Source: the human T2T-CHM13v2.0 reference genome, Homo sapiens. Taken from it: a DNA stretch of 64,000 nt. Positions 16,301 to 37,208 of the stretch are shown one piece after another (positions within the stretch are counted from its first letter, which is position 1; each line of letters opens with the position of its first letter). The DNA lies in the NCBI RefSeq assembly GCF_009914755.1, contig NC_060946.1, one strand, 5' to 3'. Below the pieces are notes generated by a model. It saw nothing but the letters and a program-made list of their open reading frames with translations. It was not told the DNA's origin and did no database searches. Made by a program: the position numbers and the translations under genes.

Positions 16301-19300
16301 GGTACTTTGATATTTTATGTGCAGCATATGACATATATTTGGTGTCGTTTCAGATTTTATGTACAGAATATAAAATATATTTGATGTACCTTCATATTTT
16401 ATGTACAGTGTATAATATATATTTGGGCGACCTTAATATATTATATACAGTATGTAACATATATTTGGGCAACTTTAATATATTACGTACAGTATATAAT
16501 ATATTTTGGTGTACTTTGATATTTTATGTACAGAATAAAATATATATTTGATGTACCTTCATATTTTATGTACAGTACATAATATATATTTTGGGTACTT
16601 TGATATTTTATATACAGTATATAATATACAGTTTGGGTACTTTGATATTTTATGTACTGTACAGAATATATAGTTTGAGTACTTTGTTATTTTATGTACA
16701 GTTTACTATAAATGTTTGGGTACTTTCATAATTTATGTACAGTATATTTACATATTTTGTGTACTTTCATATTTTTTGTACAGTATATAATACATACTTT
16801 GGGTAATTTGATATTTTATGTACAGTATATAATATATATTTGGTGTAATTTTATATTTTATGTACAGTATATAATACATACTTTGGGTACTTTGATATTT
16901 TATGAACAGTATATAATATATATTTTGGGTATTTTGATATTTTATGTACAGTATATAATATATAGTATGAGTACTTTGTTATTTTATATACAGTTTATTA
17001 TAAATGTTTGGGTACTTTCATAATTTATGTACATTATATTATACATATTTTGGGTACTTTGATATTTTATGTACAGTATATAACATATATTTGGTGTAAT
17101 TTCATATTATAGGTACAGTACATAATACATACTTTGCGTACTTTGATATTTTATGTACAGTATAAAATACATACTTTGGGTAATTTGATATTTTATGTAC
17201 AGTATATAATATATATTTGGCATAGTTTGATATTTTATGTACAGTATATAATACATACTTTGGGTATTTTGATATTTTATGTACAGTATATAATATATAT
17301 TTTGGGTACTTTGATATTTTATGTACAGTATATAATATATAGTTTGAGTACTTTGTTATTTTATATACAATTTATTATAAATGTTTGGGTACTTTCATAA
17401 TTTATATACAGTATATTATACATATTTTGGGTACTTTGATATTTTACATACATTATATAATATATATTTGGTGTAATGTGATATTTTATGTACAGAATAA
17501 TATATTTGATGTACCTTCATATATTATATACAGTATATAATATATACCTTGGGTACTTTGATATTTTATCTACTGTATATTATATATACTTTGGGTACTT
17601 TGATATTTTATGTGCAGCATATAATATACAGTTTGGGTACTTTGATATTTTATGTACAGTGTATAATATACAGTTTGGGTAGTTTGTTATTTTATATACA
17701 GTTTATTATAAATGTTTGGGTACTTTCATAAATTATGTACAGTATATTATACATATTTTGGGTACTTTGATATTTTATGTACAGTATATAATATACAGTT
17801 TGGGTAGTTTGTTATTTTATGTACAGTTTATTATAAATGTTTGTGTACTTTCAAAATTTATGTACAGTATATTATACATATTTTGGGTACTTTGATATTT
17901 TATGTACAGTATATAATACATACTTTGGGTACTTTGATATTTTATGTGCAGCATATAACATATATTTGGTGTACTTTCAGATTTTATGTACAGAATATAA
18001 AACATATTTGGGCGACCTTAATATATTATGTACAGTATATAATATATATTTGGGTGACTTTAACATACTATGTACAGTATATAATATATTTTGGTGTACT
18101 TTGATATTTTATGTACAGAATATAATATATATTTTATGTACCTTCATATTTTATGTACAGTATATAATATATATTTTGGTTAATTTGATATTTTATGTAC
18201 TGTATATAATATACAGTTTGGGTACTTTGATATTTTATGTACTGTATAGAATATATAGTTTGAGTACGTTGATATTTTATGTACAGTTTATTATAAATAT
18301 TTGGGTACTTTCATAATTTATGTATAGTATATTATACATATTTTGGGTACTTTGATATTTTATATACAGTATATAATACATACGTTGGGTACTTTGATAT
18401 TTTATGTGCAGCATATAACATATATTTGGTGTACTTTCAGATTTTATGTACAGAATATAATATATATTTGATGTACCTTCATATTTTATGTACAGTATAT
18501 AATATAAATTTGGGCAAGCTTAATATAATATGTACAGTATATAATATATATTTGGGTTACTTTAATATATTATGTATAGTATATAATATATTTTGTTGTA
18601 CTTTGATATTTTATGTACAGAATATAATATATATTTGATGTACCTTCATATTTTATGTACAGTACTTAATATATATTTTGGGTAATTTGATATTTTATAT
18701 ACAGTATATAATATACAGTTTGGGTACTTTGATATTTTATGTACTGTATAGAATACATAGCTTGAGTACTTTGTTATTTTATGTAGAGTTTATTATAAAT
18801 GTTTGGGTACTTTCATAATTTATGTACAGTATATTATACATATTTTGGGGACTTTGATATTTTATGTACATTATATAATACATACTTTGGGTAATTTGAT
18901 ATTTTATGTACAGTATATAATATATATTTGCTTTAGTTTGATATTTTATGTACAGGATATAATACATACTTTGGGTACTTTGATATTTTATGTACAGTAT
19001 ATAATATACATTTTGGGTACTTTGATATTTTATGTACAGTATATAATATACAGTTTGGGTACTTTGATATTTTATGTAAAGTATATAATAAATAGTTTGT
19101 GTACTTTGTTATTTTATGTAAGGTTTATTATAAATGTTTGGGTACTTTCATAATTTATGTACAGTATATTATACATATTTTGGGTACTTTGATATTTTAT
19201 GTACAGTATATAATATATATTTGGTGTAATTTGATATTTTATGTACAGTATATAATACATACTTTGGGTACTTTGATATTTTATGTACAGTATAAAATAC

Positions 19301-21847
19301 ATACCTTGGGTAATTTGATATTTTATGTACAGTATATAATATATATTTGGCGTAGTTTGATAATTTATGTACAGTATATAATACATATTTTGGGTACTTT
19401 GATATTTTATGTACAGTATATAATATATATTTTGGGTACTTTGATATTTATGTACAGTATATAATATACAGTTTGAGTACTTTGATATTTTATGTACAGT
19501 ATATAATATATAGTTTGAGTACTTTGTTATTTTATGTACACTTTATTATAAATGTTTGGGTACTTTCATAATTTATATACAGTATATTATACATACTTTG
19601 GGTACTTTGATATTTTATGTACAGTATATAATATATATTTGGTGTAATGTGATATTTTATGTACAGAATAATATATATATTTGATGTACCTTCATATTTT
19701 ATGTACAGAATGTAATATATACTTTGGGTACTTTGATATTTTATGTACCGTATATAATATATACTTTGGGTACTTTGATATTTTATGTGCAGCATATAAT
19801 ATACAGTTTGGATACTTTGATATTTTATGTACAGTATATACTATACTCTTTGGGTAGTTTGTTATTTTATGTATAGTTTATTTTAAATGTTTGGGTACTT
19901 TCATAATGTATGTACAGTATATTATACATATTTTGGGTACTTTGATATTTTATGTACAGTATATAATACATACTTTGGGTACTTTGATATTTCATGTGCA
20001 GCATATAACATATTTGGTGTACTTTCAGATTTTATGTACAGAATATAATATATATTTGATGTACCTTCATATATTATGTACAGTATATAATATATATTTG
20101 GGCGACTTTAATATATTATGTACAGTATATCATATATTTTGGTGTACTTTGATATTTTATGTACAGAATATAATATATATTTGATGTACCTTCATATTTT
20201 ATGTACAGAATATAATATATATTTGATGTACCTTCATATTTTATGTACAGTAGATGATATATATTTTGGGGAATTTGATATTTCATGTACAGTATATAAT
20301 ATACAGTTTGGGTACTTTGATATTTTATGTACTGTATAGAATATATAGTTTGAGTACGTTGTTATCTTATGTACAGTTTATTATAAATGTTTGGGTACTT
20401 TCATAATTTATGTAAGGTATATTATACATATTTTGGGTACTTTGATATTTTATGTACAGTATATAATACATACTTTGGGTACTTTGATATTTTATGTGCA
20501 GCATATAACATATATTTGGTGTACTTTCAGATTTTATGTACAGAATATAAAATATATTTGATGTACCTTCATATTTTATGTACAGTATATAATATATATT
20601 TGGGCGACCTTAATATATTATGTACAGTATATAATATATATTTGTGCGACTTTAATATATTATGTACAGTATATAATATATTTTGGTGTACTTTGATAAT
20701 TTATGTACAGAATATAATATATACTAGATGTACCTTCATATTTTATATACAGTACATAATATATATTTTGGGTACTTTGATATTTTATGTACAGTATATA
20801 ATATACAGTTTGGGTACTTTGATATTTTATGTCCTGTATAGAATATATAGTTTGAGTACTTTGTTATTTTATGTACAGTTTATTATAAATGGGTACTTTC
20901 ATAATTTATGTACAGAATATTATACTTATTTTGGGTACTTTGGTATTTTATGTACAGTATATAATACATACTTTGTGTAATTTGATATGTTATGTACAGT
21001 ATATAATATATATTTGGTGTAATGTGATATTTTAGGTACAGAATAATATATATATGTGATGTACTTTCATATTTTATGTACAGTATGTAATATATACTTT
21101 GTGTACTTTGATATTTTATGTACAGTATATAATATATACTTTGGGTACTTTGATATTTTATGTGAAGCATATAATATACAGTTTGGGTACTTTGATATTT
21201 TTTGTACAGTATATAATATACAGTTTGGGTAGTTTGTTATTTTATGTACAGTTTATCATAAATGTTTGGGTACTTTCATAATTTATGTACAGTACATAAT
21301 ATATATTTTGGGTACTTTGATATTTTATGTACTATATATAATATACAGTTTGGGTACCTTGATATTTTATGTACAGTATGAAATATACAGTTTGGGTACT
21401 TTGATATATTATGTACAGTATATATGTTTGGGTAGTCTGATATTTTATGTACAGTACAGAATATATATTTGGTGTACTTTGATATTTTTTGTACAGTATA
21501 GAATATATATTTGGTGTAATTTGATATTTTGTGTACAGTATATAATATATAGTTTGGGTACTTTGATATGTTATGTACAGTAGATAATACATGTTTGTGT
21601 ACTTTGATATTTTATTTACAATATAGAATATATATTTGGTGTACTTTGATATTTTATGTACAGCATAGAATATATATTTGGTGTACTTTTATATTTTATG
21701 TACACTAATATATAGTTTCTGTACCTTGATATTTTATGTACAGTATATAATATATAGATTCAGTACTTTGATATTTTATGTACAGTATGGAATATATAGT
21801 TTGCATACTTTGATATTTTATGTACAGTATATGTTATATAGTTTGGG
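1320..21847 (-). repeat. HSat1A 42-bp tandem satellite array (~20.5 kb, roughly 490 monomers), T-rich strand on top
   Basis: Monomer gtactttgatattttat (17 bp) + gtacagtatataatatatatttgg(g) (25 bp) matches the established 17+25 bp RsaI structure of satellite I. The ORF track shows the resulting 14-aa periodicity. Confidence 0.95.
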
Positions 21848-22387
21848 AGCATAATATCAAATATTAAAATATATATTATATTATGATATATTAAATATCA
21901 TACATATGTATCATATATTGTACATTATATATTATATATTATACATTTTATATGTTATATATTATATATAATGATACTTATATAATTATACATATAACTA
22001 CATAATTATATAATTATATACATAATTATTTGTATTATATATATAATTATATGATTATATATTTATTTATATTACATATAATTATACAATTATATATATT
22101 TTATTATATATAAATTATAATATGTAACAAAATATATATATTATATATCATGATATATTAGATACGTTATACATTTTATTATATATAACTATATATTACA
22201 TTATATATAACTATATATTTTCATCTATAATATATATAATGTATATGTATATAATATATATTACATAACATATATAATATATATATAATATGACATGATA
22301 AATATTACATATTATGACATATAATATATATGACATTATATATTACATGTAAAGCATATTATATAATATATGGTATATGTCATATAA

Positions 22388-23244
22388 TTTTTTTTTAGAC
22401 AGCGTCTTGTTCTGTTGCACAGGCTGGAGTACAATGGCGCCATCTTTGCTCACTGCAACATGTGCCTCACATGTTCAAGCGATTGTCCTACCTCAGCCTC
22501 CCAGGTAGCTGGGACTACACCGCACTGGTACTACACCAGCTGCCACCATGCCTAACTAATTTTTTGGATTTTTAGTAGTGACAGCGTTTCACTATATTGG
22601 ACAGGATGGTCTTGATCTCCTCACCTTGTGATCCTCTTGCCTTGGCCTCCAAAAGTGCTGGGATTACAGGCCTGAGCCAAGATACATATTTTCTAAATGA
22701 AAAAAAAATTCAAATGTACTCTGCTTGGTACAATAATCAAATATTTAAACTGAGGAATAAAACATAACCATGAAACATATTTATAACTGCATATGGAAAA
22801 TACAGAGGATAATTTTCTAAATAACATATTTTGAAAGCATTAAGTAGTAATTTGAAGAGTTCGCATTTCAAAGGCCAGTATGAATATACCTTCAATGCAG
22901 CAACATAGGTTCCCCATGAGAAAAATCAAAATCAGGGAAAATAAAACCACAAAGGTTCAATCTGTTCTGACCTTTGAAAAACACAGCACAGGCAGTGGCC
23001 CTTAGGACCAAGAGCAGGAGATCCCTAATCTCGTCACCATGGCGATAGGGCATCAACTTTGCAGGGTGAGGTAACAATCCACATTGTGAGGTCCAACTGC
23101 TGCCAGGAAGACAGGAGTGCTTTTACCTAGACTGAAAGGTCATTGAAGGCTCAGTGTTTTGTTTCAAAAACTGAATCCCAAGCCCACACATTATTATGCT
23201 GTGCTTCTTAAAATAAGTTATGAGATGGGAAATAGGGCACCCAC
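22388..23244 (-). repeat. HSat1B unit 1: antisense Alu (~22388-22680) + HSATI block (~22681-23244)
   Basis: ttttttttagacagcgtcttg...gggattacaggcctgagccaa, followed by the conserved block. Confidence 0.9.
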
Positions 23245-24705
23245 ATATATATATATATAGTATACATAATAATATATAGTATAATATACATAATATTTAT
23301 AAAATACATATAATTTTGTTTTACATCCTGCATCTATTATATATATTATATGTAATATAATTGATAAAATACATTATATATCTACAATGACATATAATAT
23401 ATATATTTTATGAGATATATATTATATATCACATAAATATTACAAGTATAATAAACGTATTAAGTATATAACATACATTATATATATTATATATCTAACA
23501 TATGATACATAATAATATATAACAGCATATAATTATATATATACAATATGACATATATATTTTGACATATATAATATGCATTATATATTATATATATAAT
23601 AATTTATATGTATAACACATATATTAAATATATAATATGTATATGTTATATATTATATATAAGCTATGTTATATATTATATATACTATGTTATATATTAT
23701 ATATGTTATATACTATATATGTTATATATATTATATGAGTTATATGTAATGTATTATTTAATATAATATAATGTATATCATATATTACATATAATATACA
23801 CCATATATTATATATAATATATGCAATATATGGTATATGATATATATAATACACCAGATGATATATATGATATACAATACATGATATATAATATATAACA
23901 TATGATACATAATATATATGGTATATAATATATATTATATGATATATATTATATGTTTTATATTATATTATATATAAATATTTTATATTATATATAACTA
24001 CAATTATATGTAACTGCATATTACATTATATATAAATATATAATATTAACATATATAATGTTACTATATATTTCGTATATTATATTATATACATTATATA
24101 TAACATAATATATATTATATATCAAAATATGTCACATACATAATGTTAAAATATATATTATATTATGATATATTAAAAAACATATATATTATGTATCATA
24201 TATTGTATATTATATATTATATATTTTATATTTAATATATTATAATATTATATATTATTATACTTAGTTATATAATTATACATATAACTATATAATTATA
24301 TATATAATTATACATATAACTATATAATTATATATATAATTATTTATATTATGTATATAATTATATGATTATACAAGTATTTATATTACATATAATTATA
24401 TAATTATATATACTATGTTATATATAAAATATATATAACATAAAATATATATATTATATATCATATATGATAGATATGTTATATATTATATTACATATAA
24501 CTATATGTTATATAATATATAAATATATATTTTCATCTATAAGACATATAATAATGTATATGTATTATATATTATATACATTATGTAATATATATAATAC
24601 ATATAATATATATGACATATGATAAATATATATGACATAATATATATGATATTTTATATTACATATGAAGCATGTTATATAATTTGTAATATATATCATA
24701 TATAA

Positions 24706-25560
<855 letters not shown>

Positions 25561-27109
25561 TATATATATATATATGTTGTATACATAATAATATATAGTA
25601 TAATATATATATTTTTAAAATATATATAATTTTGTTTTACGTCCTGCATCTTATGTTATATATGTAATACAATAATTGATAATATATAATTATTATATAT
25701 CTACAAGATGACACATAATATACATTATATTTTATGAGATATATAATATATATTATATATCACATATATATTATAAGTATAATCATTAAATATATAATAT
25801 ACATATGTAATATATATATTATATCTAAGATAAATATAATATATAATATGTAATAACATTATTATATATACAATATCACATAATATATATATTTTATGAC
25901 ATATATAATACATATTATATATTATATATAATAATTAATATGTATAATACATATAATATGTATATGTTATATATTATATATAAGTTACATGTTATATCTT
26001 ATATATGCTGTTACATATATGTTATATACTATATATGACATATATAATATATATGTAATGTATTATTATATATAATATAATATATATCATATATTATATG
26101 TAATATACACCATATATTATATATAATATATAATATAAAATATATGGTATATGATATATATATTATACCAGATATATATATGATATATAATACATGATAT
26201 ATAATATACAATATATGATATATAATATATACGGTATATAATATATACTATATGATATATATTATATATGTTTTATATTATAGTATATATAAATATTTAT
26301 TATATATAACTACAATATATGTATATATTATATTATATATAACTATATAATATTAACATAATTTTATTATATATTTCATGTTATATCAACATATATTATG
26401 TTATATATTATATATTATATATTATATATCACATATTACATTATATATTATATATCAAATATATGTTACATACATATTAAAATATATATATTATGATATA
26501 TTGAATATACATATTATGTATCATATATTGTATATTATATATTATATTATATATTTTGTTATATATTATATTATATATACTTATAGTTATATAATTATAC
26601 ATATAACTATATAATTATATAATTATATAATTATATTATGTATATAATTATATTATGTATATAATTATATAATTATATATATAATTATATTATGTATATA
26701 ATTATATAATTATATATATAATTATATTATGTATGTAATTATATAATTATATATATAATTATATTATGTATATAATTATATACATAATTACATTGTGTAT
26801 ATAATTATATGATTATATAAGTATTTATATTATATATAATTATATAATTATATGTTATATTATATATAAAATAATATGACATAAAATATATATAATATAT
26901 CATATATGATATATTAGATATGTTATATATTACATATAACTATGTTATATAATATATATATATTTTCATCTATAAGATATATAATAATATATATGTATTA
27001 TATATATTACATAATATATAATATATATAATATATGTAACATGACATATGACAAATATATATTATGACATATGTGATATTATATATTACATATAAAGCAT
27101 ATTATATAA

Positions 27110-27980
<871 letters not shown>

Positions 27981-29413
27981 ATATATATATACATATATTA
28001 TATATATAATAATATATAGTATAATATATATAATATAAATAACATATATAATTTTGTTTTACATCCTGCATATTATATATGTAATATAATAATTGATAAT
28101 ATATAATTATATGTATAAAATATGAAATATATATATTTTAAGACATATATAATATATATTATATATCACATATACATTATATGTATAATACACCTATTAA
28201 ATATATAATATACATTATATAATATAGATACTATATCCATGTTATATATAATATATAATATATAATACATAATTATATATGTACAATATGACACAATATG
28301 TTATTTTATGACATTTATATAATATAAATTATATATTATATATACTTTATACGTATAATACATATATTAAATATATATTATATGTATATGTTATATATTA
28401 TATATATGATATGTTATATATTATATAAAATATGTTATATGTTATATGTTATATACAATATATGTTATATATTATATATAATGTTATATATAATGTATAA
28501 TTTATTATAGATAATATAATGTATATCATATATTATATATAATATACACCATATATTATAATATATAATATACAATATATGGTATATGAGATATATATCA
28601 CATATGATATATATGATATATAATATATAATATATGACATAATATATATGCTATATAATATATATTACATGATATATATTATATATGTTTTATATTATAT
28701 ATAACTAATATATACAACTATATAATACATATAAATATATAATACACTATTATATAGGAATATATAATAGTATATTATATAGAACTATATAATATTAAGT
28801 TATATAACATTTTATTATATGTTATATAACATATATATTACATTATATTATATATTACACAATATATATTATATATCACATAATATGTTACATACACAAT
28901 ATTGAAATATACATTATGATATATTATATATATTATGTAGATGTTGTATACTATATATTATATATTATACATTATATATTTATTATTATATTATATATAA
29001 TTATACTTAGTTATATAGTTATACATATAACTATATAATTATATAATTATATACATAATTATTTATATTATATATAAAAATATGATTATATAATTATTTA
29101 TATTACATATAATTATATATTTTATTACATATAAAATATAATATATAACATACAATGTATATGTTATATATCATGTATGATATATTAGATATATTATACA
29201 TTATATATAACTATATGTTACATTATATATAACTATGTATTCTCCTCTATAAGATATATAATATGTATTATGTATTATATATATTATGTAATATATATAA
29301 TATATATTATATATCAAATAACATATAAATATTATATATTATGACATATAATATATATATTATATATTACATAGAAAGCATATCATATAATATATAATAT
29401 ATATCATATATAA

Positions 29414-30270
<857 letters not shown>

Positions 30271-32318
30271 ATATATATATATATTATATATATAATAATA
30301 TATAGTATAATGTAAATAACATATATAAAATATATGTAATTTTGTTTTAAATCCTGCATCTTATATATATTATATGTAATATAATAATTGATAACACATA
30401 ATTATATATATACTATATGACATATAATGTATATTATATTTTAAGACATATATATTATATATCACATATATAGTATATTATATGTATAATATATGTATTA
30501 AATATATAATATACATTAGATATCATATATTATATCTTTCATATATAATATACAATATATAATAATATATAATTATATATATACAATATGACATATATAT
30601 ATTCTATGAGATATATAATATATATTATGTATTATATATATTATATGCATAATACATATATTAAATATATATATGTATGTTATATATTATATATAATTTA
30701 TGTTATATATTAAATATGTTGTATACAATATATATTTTATATATAATATATGTTATATATAATGTATCATTTATCATATATAATATAATATATATCATAC
30801 ATTATATATAATATACACCATATGTGATATATAATATATAATATACGATGTATGGTATATGATATATATAACATATAATATATCATATATGATCTATAAT
30901 ATATGATATATAATACAAAATATATGATACATAATATATATGGTATATGATATATACTGTGATATATACTATATGATTTATATTTTATATAAATATTTAA
31001 TATTATAACTATATATTATATATAGCTATATATTACATATAACTATATATTATATATAACTACATAATATATTATGTATAGCTATATAATATTAAGTTAT
31101 ATATAATTTATATTTTTTATATAACATAATATATTATATATTATATTATATTATTATATATTACATAATATAGATTATATATCACAAAATATATGTTACA
31201 TACATAACATTAAAGTATACATTATATTATATTAAATATCATATATATTATGTATCATATATTATATATTACATATTATATATTATACATTTTATACGTT
31301 ATATATTACAATATTATATATTATACTGTTATATAATTATACATATAACTATATAATTATATTATAAATATAACTATATTATATAATTATATATAATAAT
31401 TTATGTAATATATAATTATATTATATAATTATATTATATATAATTATATCATATAATTATTTATATTATATATAATTATATCATTATATAATTATTTATA
31501 TTATATATAATTGTATAATTATATATATTATATTATATATTAAATATCATATATAACATAAAATATATTTTATACCTCATATGTATTATGATGTATTATA
31601 CATCAACTATATATTATATATAAATATATAGTATACTATTATATATAACTATATAATATTAAATTATATATAACTATATAATATTAAGTTATATAAAATC
31701 TTATTATATATTTTATATAATATATCATGATATATCATATATTACATTATATTATATATTACATAATATATATTATATATCACATGATATATGTTACATA
31801 CATAATATTAAAATCTACATTATAGTATGATATATTAAATATCATATATATTATGTATCATATATTGTATATTATATATTATACATTACATATATTTTAT
31901 ATTGTATTATATATTACACTTATAGTTATATAAATATACATATAACTATAGTTATATAATTATATACATAGTTATATTATATATAATTATATGATTATAA
32001 CTAGATTATATACAATTATATAATGATATATATTTTATTACATATAAAATATAATATATAACATAAAATATATATATTATATATTATATATGATATATTA
32101 GATATGTTATATATTATATCTAACTATATGTTATGTTATATATAAATATATATTTTCATCTATATGATATATAATGTATATGTATTTTATACTATATATT
32201 ATGCAATATATATAATATACATAATATGACTTATGATAATTATATAGTATGACAATATATGACATTATATATTACATATAAAGCATAGTATATAATATAT
32301 AATATATATCATATATAA

Positions 32319-33175
<857 letters not shown>

Positions 33176-34434
33176 AAATATATATATATTATATATATAT
33201 AGTATAATATATATAATATATATAACATATATATAATTTTGTTACATCCTGCATCTTATATATATTATATGTAATATAATTGATAATATATAATTACATA
33301 TATACATGACATAATATATATTTTATGACATATATAATAAAAATTATATATCACATATATATTATATGTGTAATATACGCATTAAATATATAATATACAT
33401 TATATATAATATATATAGTATCTGTTATATATAATATATAATATATAATATATATACAATATGACATATAATATATATTATATTTGACATATATTATATA
33501 TTATATAATACATAATATGTATCATACATATATTATATATTATATGTATGTGTTATATATTATGTATAATACATGTGATATGTTACATACTATATATGTT
33601 ATATATAATATATGTTATAATTTATAATTTATTATATATAATATAATGTATATCATATATTATATATAATATACACCATAGATTATATGTAATATATAAT
33701 ATACAATATATTAATATACAATATATGGTATATGACATATATATCATATATGATATATATGCTATATAATATATGATATATAACATCCAATATATGATAC
33801 GAAATATATATGATATATAATATATATTATACTATATACATTAACTATGATTTATATTATATATAACTATATTGTATATAACTATATATTATATAAAACC
33901 ATATATTATATATAATTATATATTATATGATATATATTATATTATTATATATTACCTAATATATATTATATATCATATGTTACATATATAATATGAATAT
34001 ATATATTATGATGTATTAAATATCACATATATTATGTATCATATATTGTATATTATATATTATATATATATGTGATGTATTATATATAATTACATATAAT
34101 TATATAATTATACATATAACTATATAATCATATAATTATATATACAATTATTTATATTATATATAATTATATAATTATATACATTTATATTATATATAAT
34201 TATATTATATATATAATATATAAAATATAATACGTAATATAAAATATATATATCATATATGATATACTATATATATGTTGTACATTATATATAACTATGT
34301 TATATTACATATAATTATATATTTTCATATATAAGTCATATAATGTATAATATGTATTATATATTATATGTATTATGTAATACATAATATATATAATATA
34401 TATAATATGACAGGATATATATTATGACATATAA

Positions 34435-35345
<911 letters not shown>

Positions 35346-36268
35346 AAATAAATATTATATATATAAGTATACATAATTATATATAATATAATATATGTAT
35401 TATATATTTATATATATAATTTCCTTTTACCTCCTGCATCCTTATATATATTATATATAATATAATATATAATAATATATAATTATTACATGCAATATAT
35501 GTAATATAATCATATATGTAATTATATATAATTATATATATAATTACATATAATATATAATTATATATATTATAAAATATACATAATATATAATATATAA
35601 TAAATTATATGACATACAGTTTATAATATAGATTATATAAAATATATGTCATATATAATATATATAATATATAATAGATAATATAATATATATTATATTT
35701 TATATAAAATATATTATTATATATAATATATAATTTTATATTATATATAAGTATATAATATATAATATATTATGATATATTATATATAATGTATAGTATA
35801 ATTATATGATAATTATATAAAATATAATATATAACATATATTATATATCATATATGTTATATATGTATTTTATCTTATATAGTATATATCATATATGAAA
35901 AATAATATATATATTATATACCATACATGATATATAATATATATCACATATACCATGATATATAATATACAGTATATATATTATAGATTATAACATATTA
36001 CATACTATAGATTAAATATATATATTATATTCAATATATATTATATATATCATATTATATATGACATATATATATAATATATATTATATATCATATTATA
36101 TATGACATATCATATATATTATATGATATATCATATATGTGATATATATAATATATATTATATAATATATATCATATATATGATGTATTATATATAATTT
36201 ATATAATATATACTGTATCATATATATGATATATATATGATACTATATATTATATATATTATATATAG

Positions 36269-37208
<940 letters not shown>

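Noticed and set aside
1-21847. Many overlapping ORFs with 14-aa repeats (YYILYIKYQSTQSM / GTLIFYVQYIIHTL)
   Set aside because: These are an artefact of a 42-bp (multiple of 3) satellite. They occur in several frames on both strands with no gene structure.
1320-21847. CRISPR-like or retron/msDNA-like regularly spaced repeats
   Set aside because: The monomers are head-to-tail with no unique spacers, there are no cas or RT genes, and the context is primate DNA with Alu and L1.
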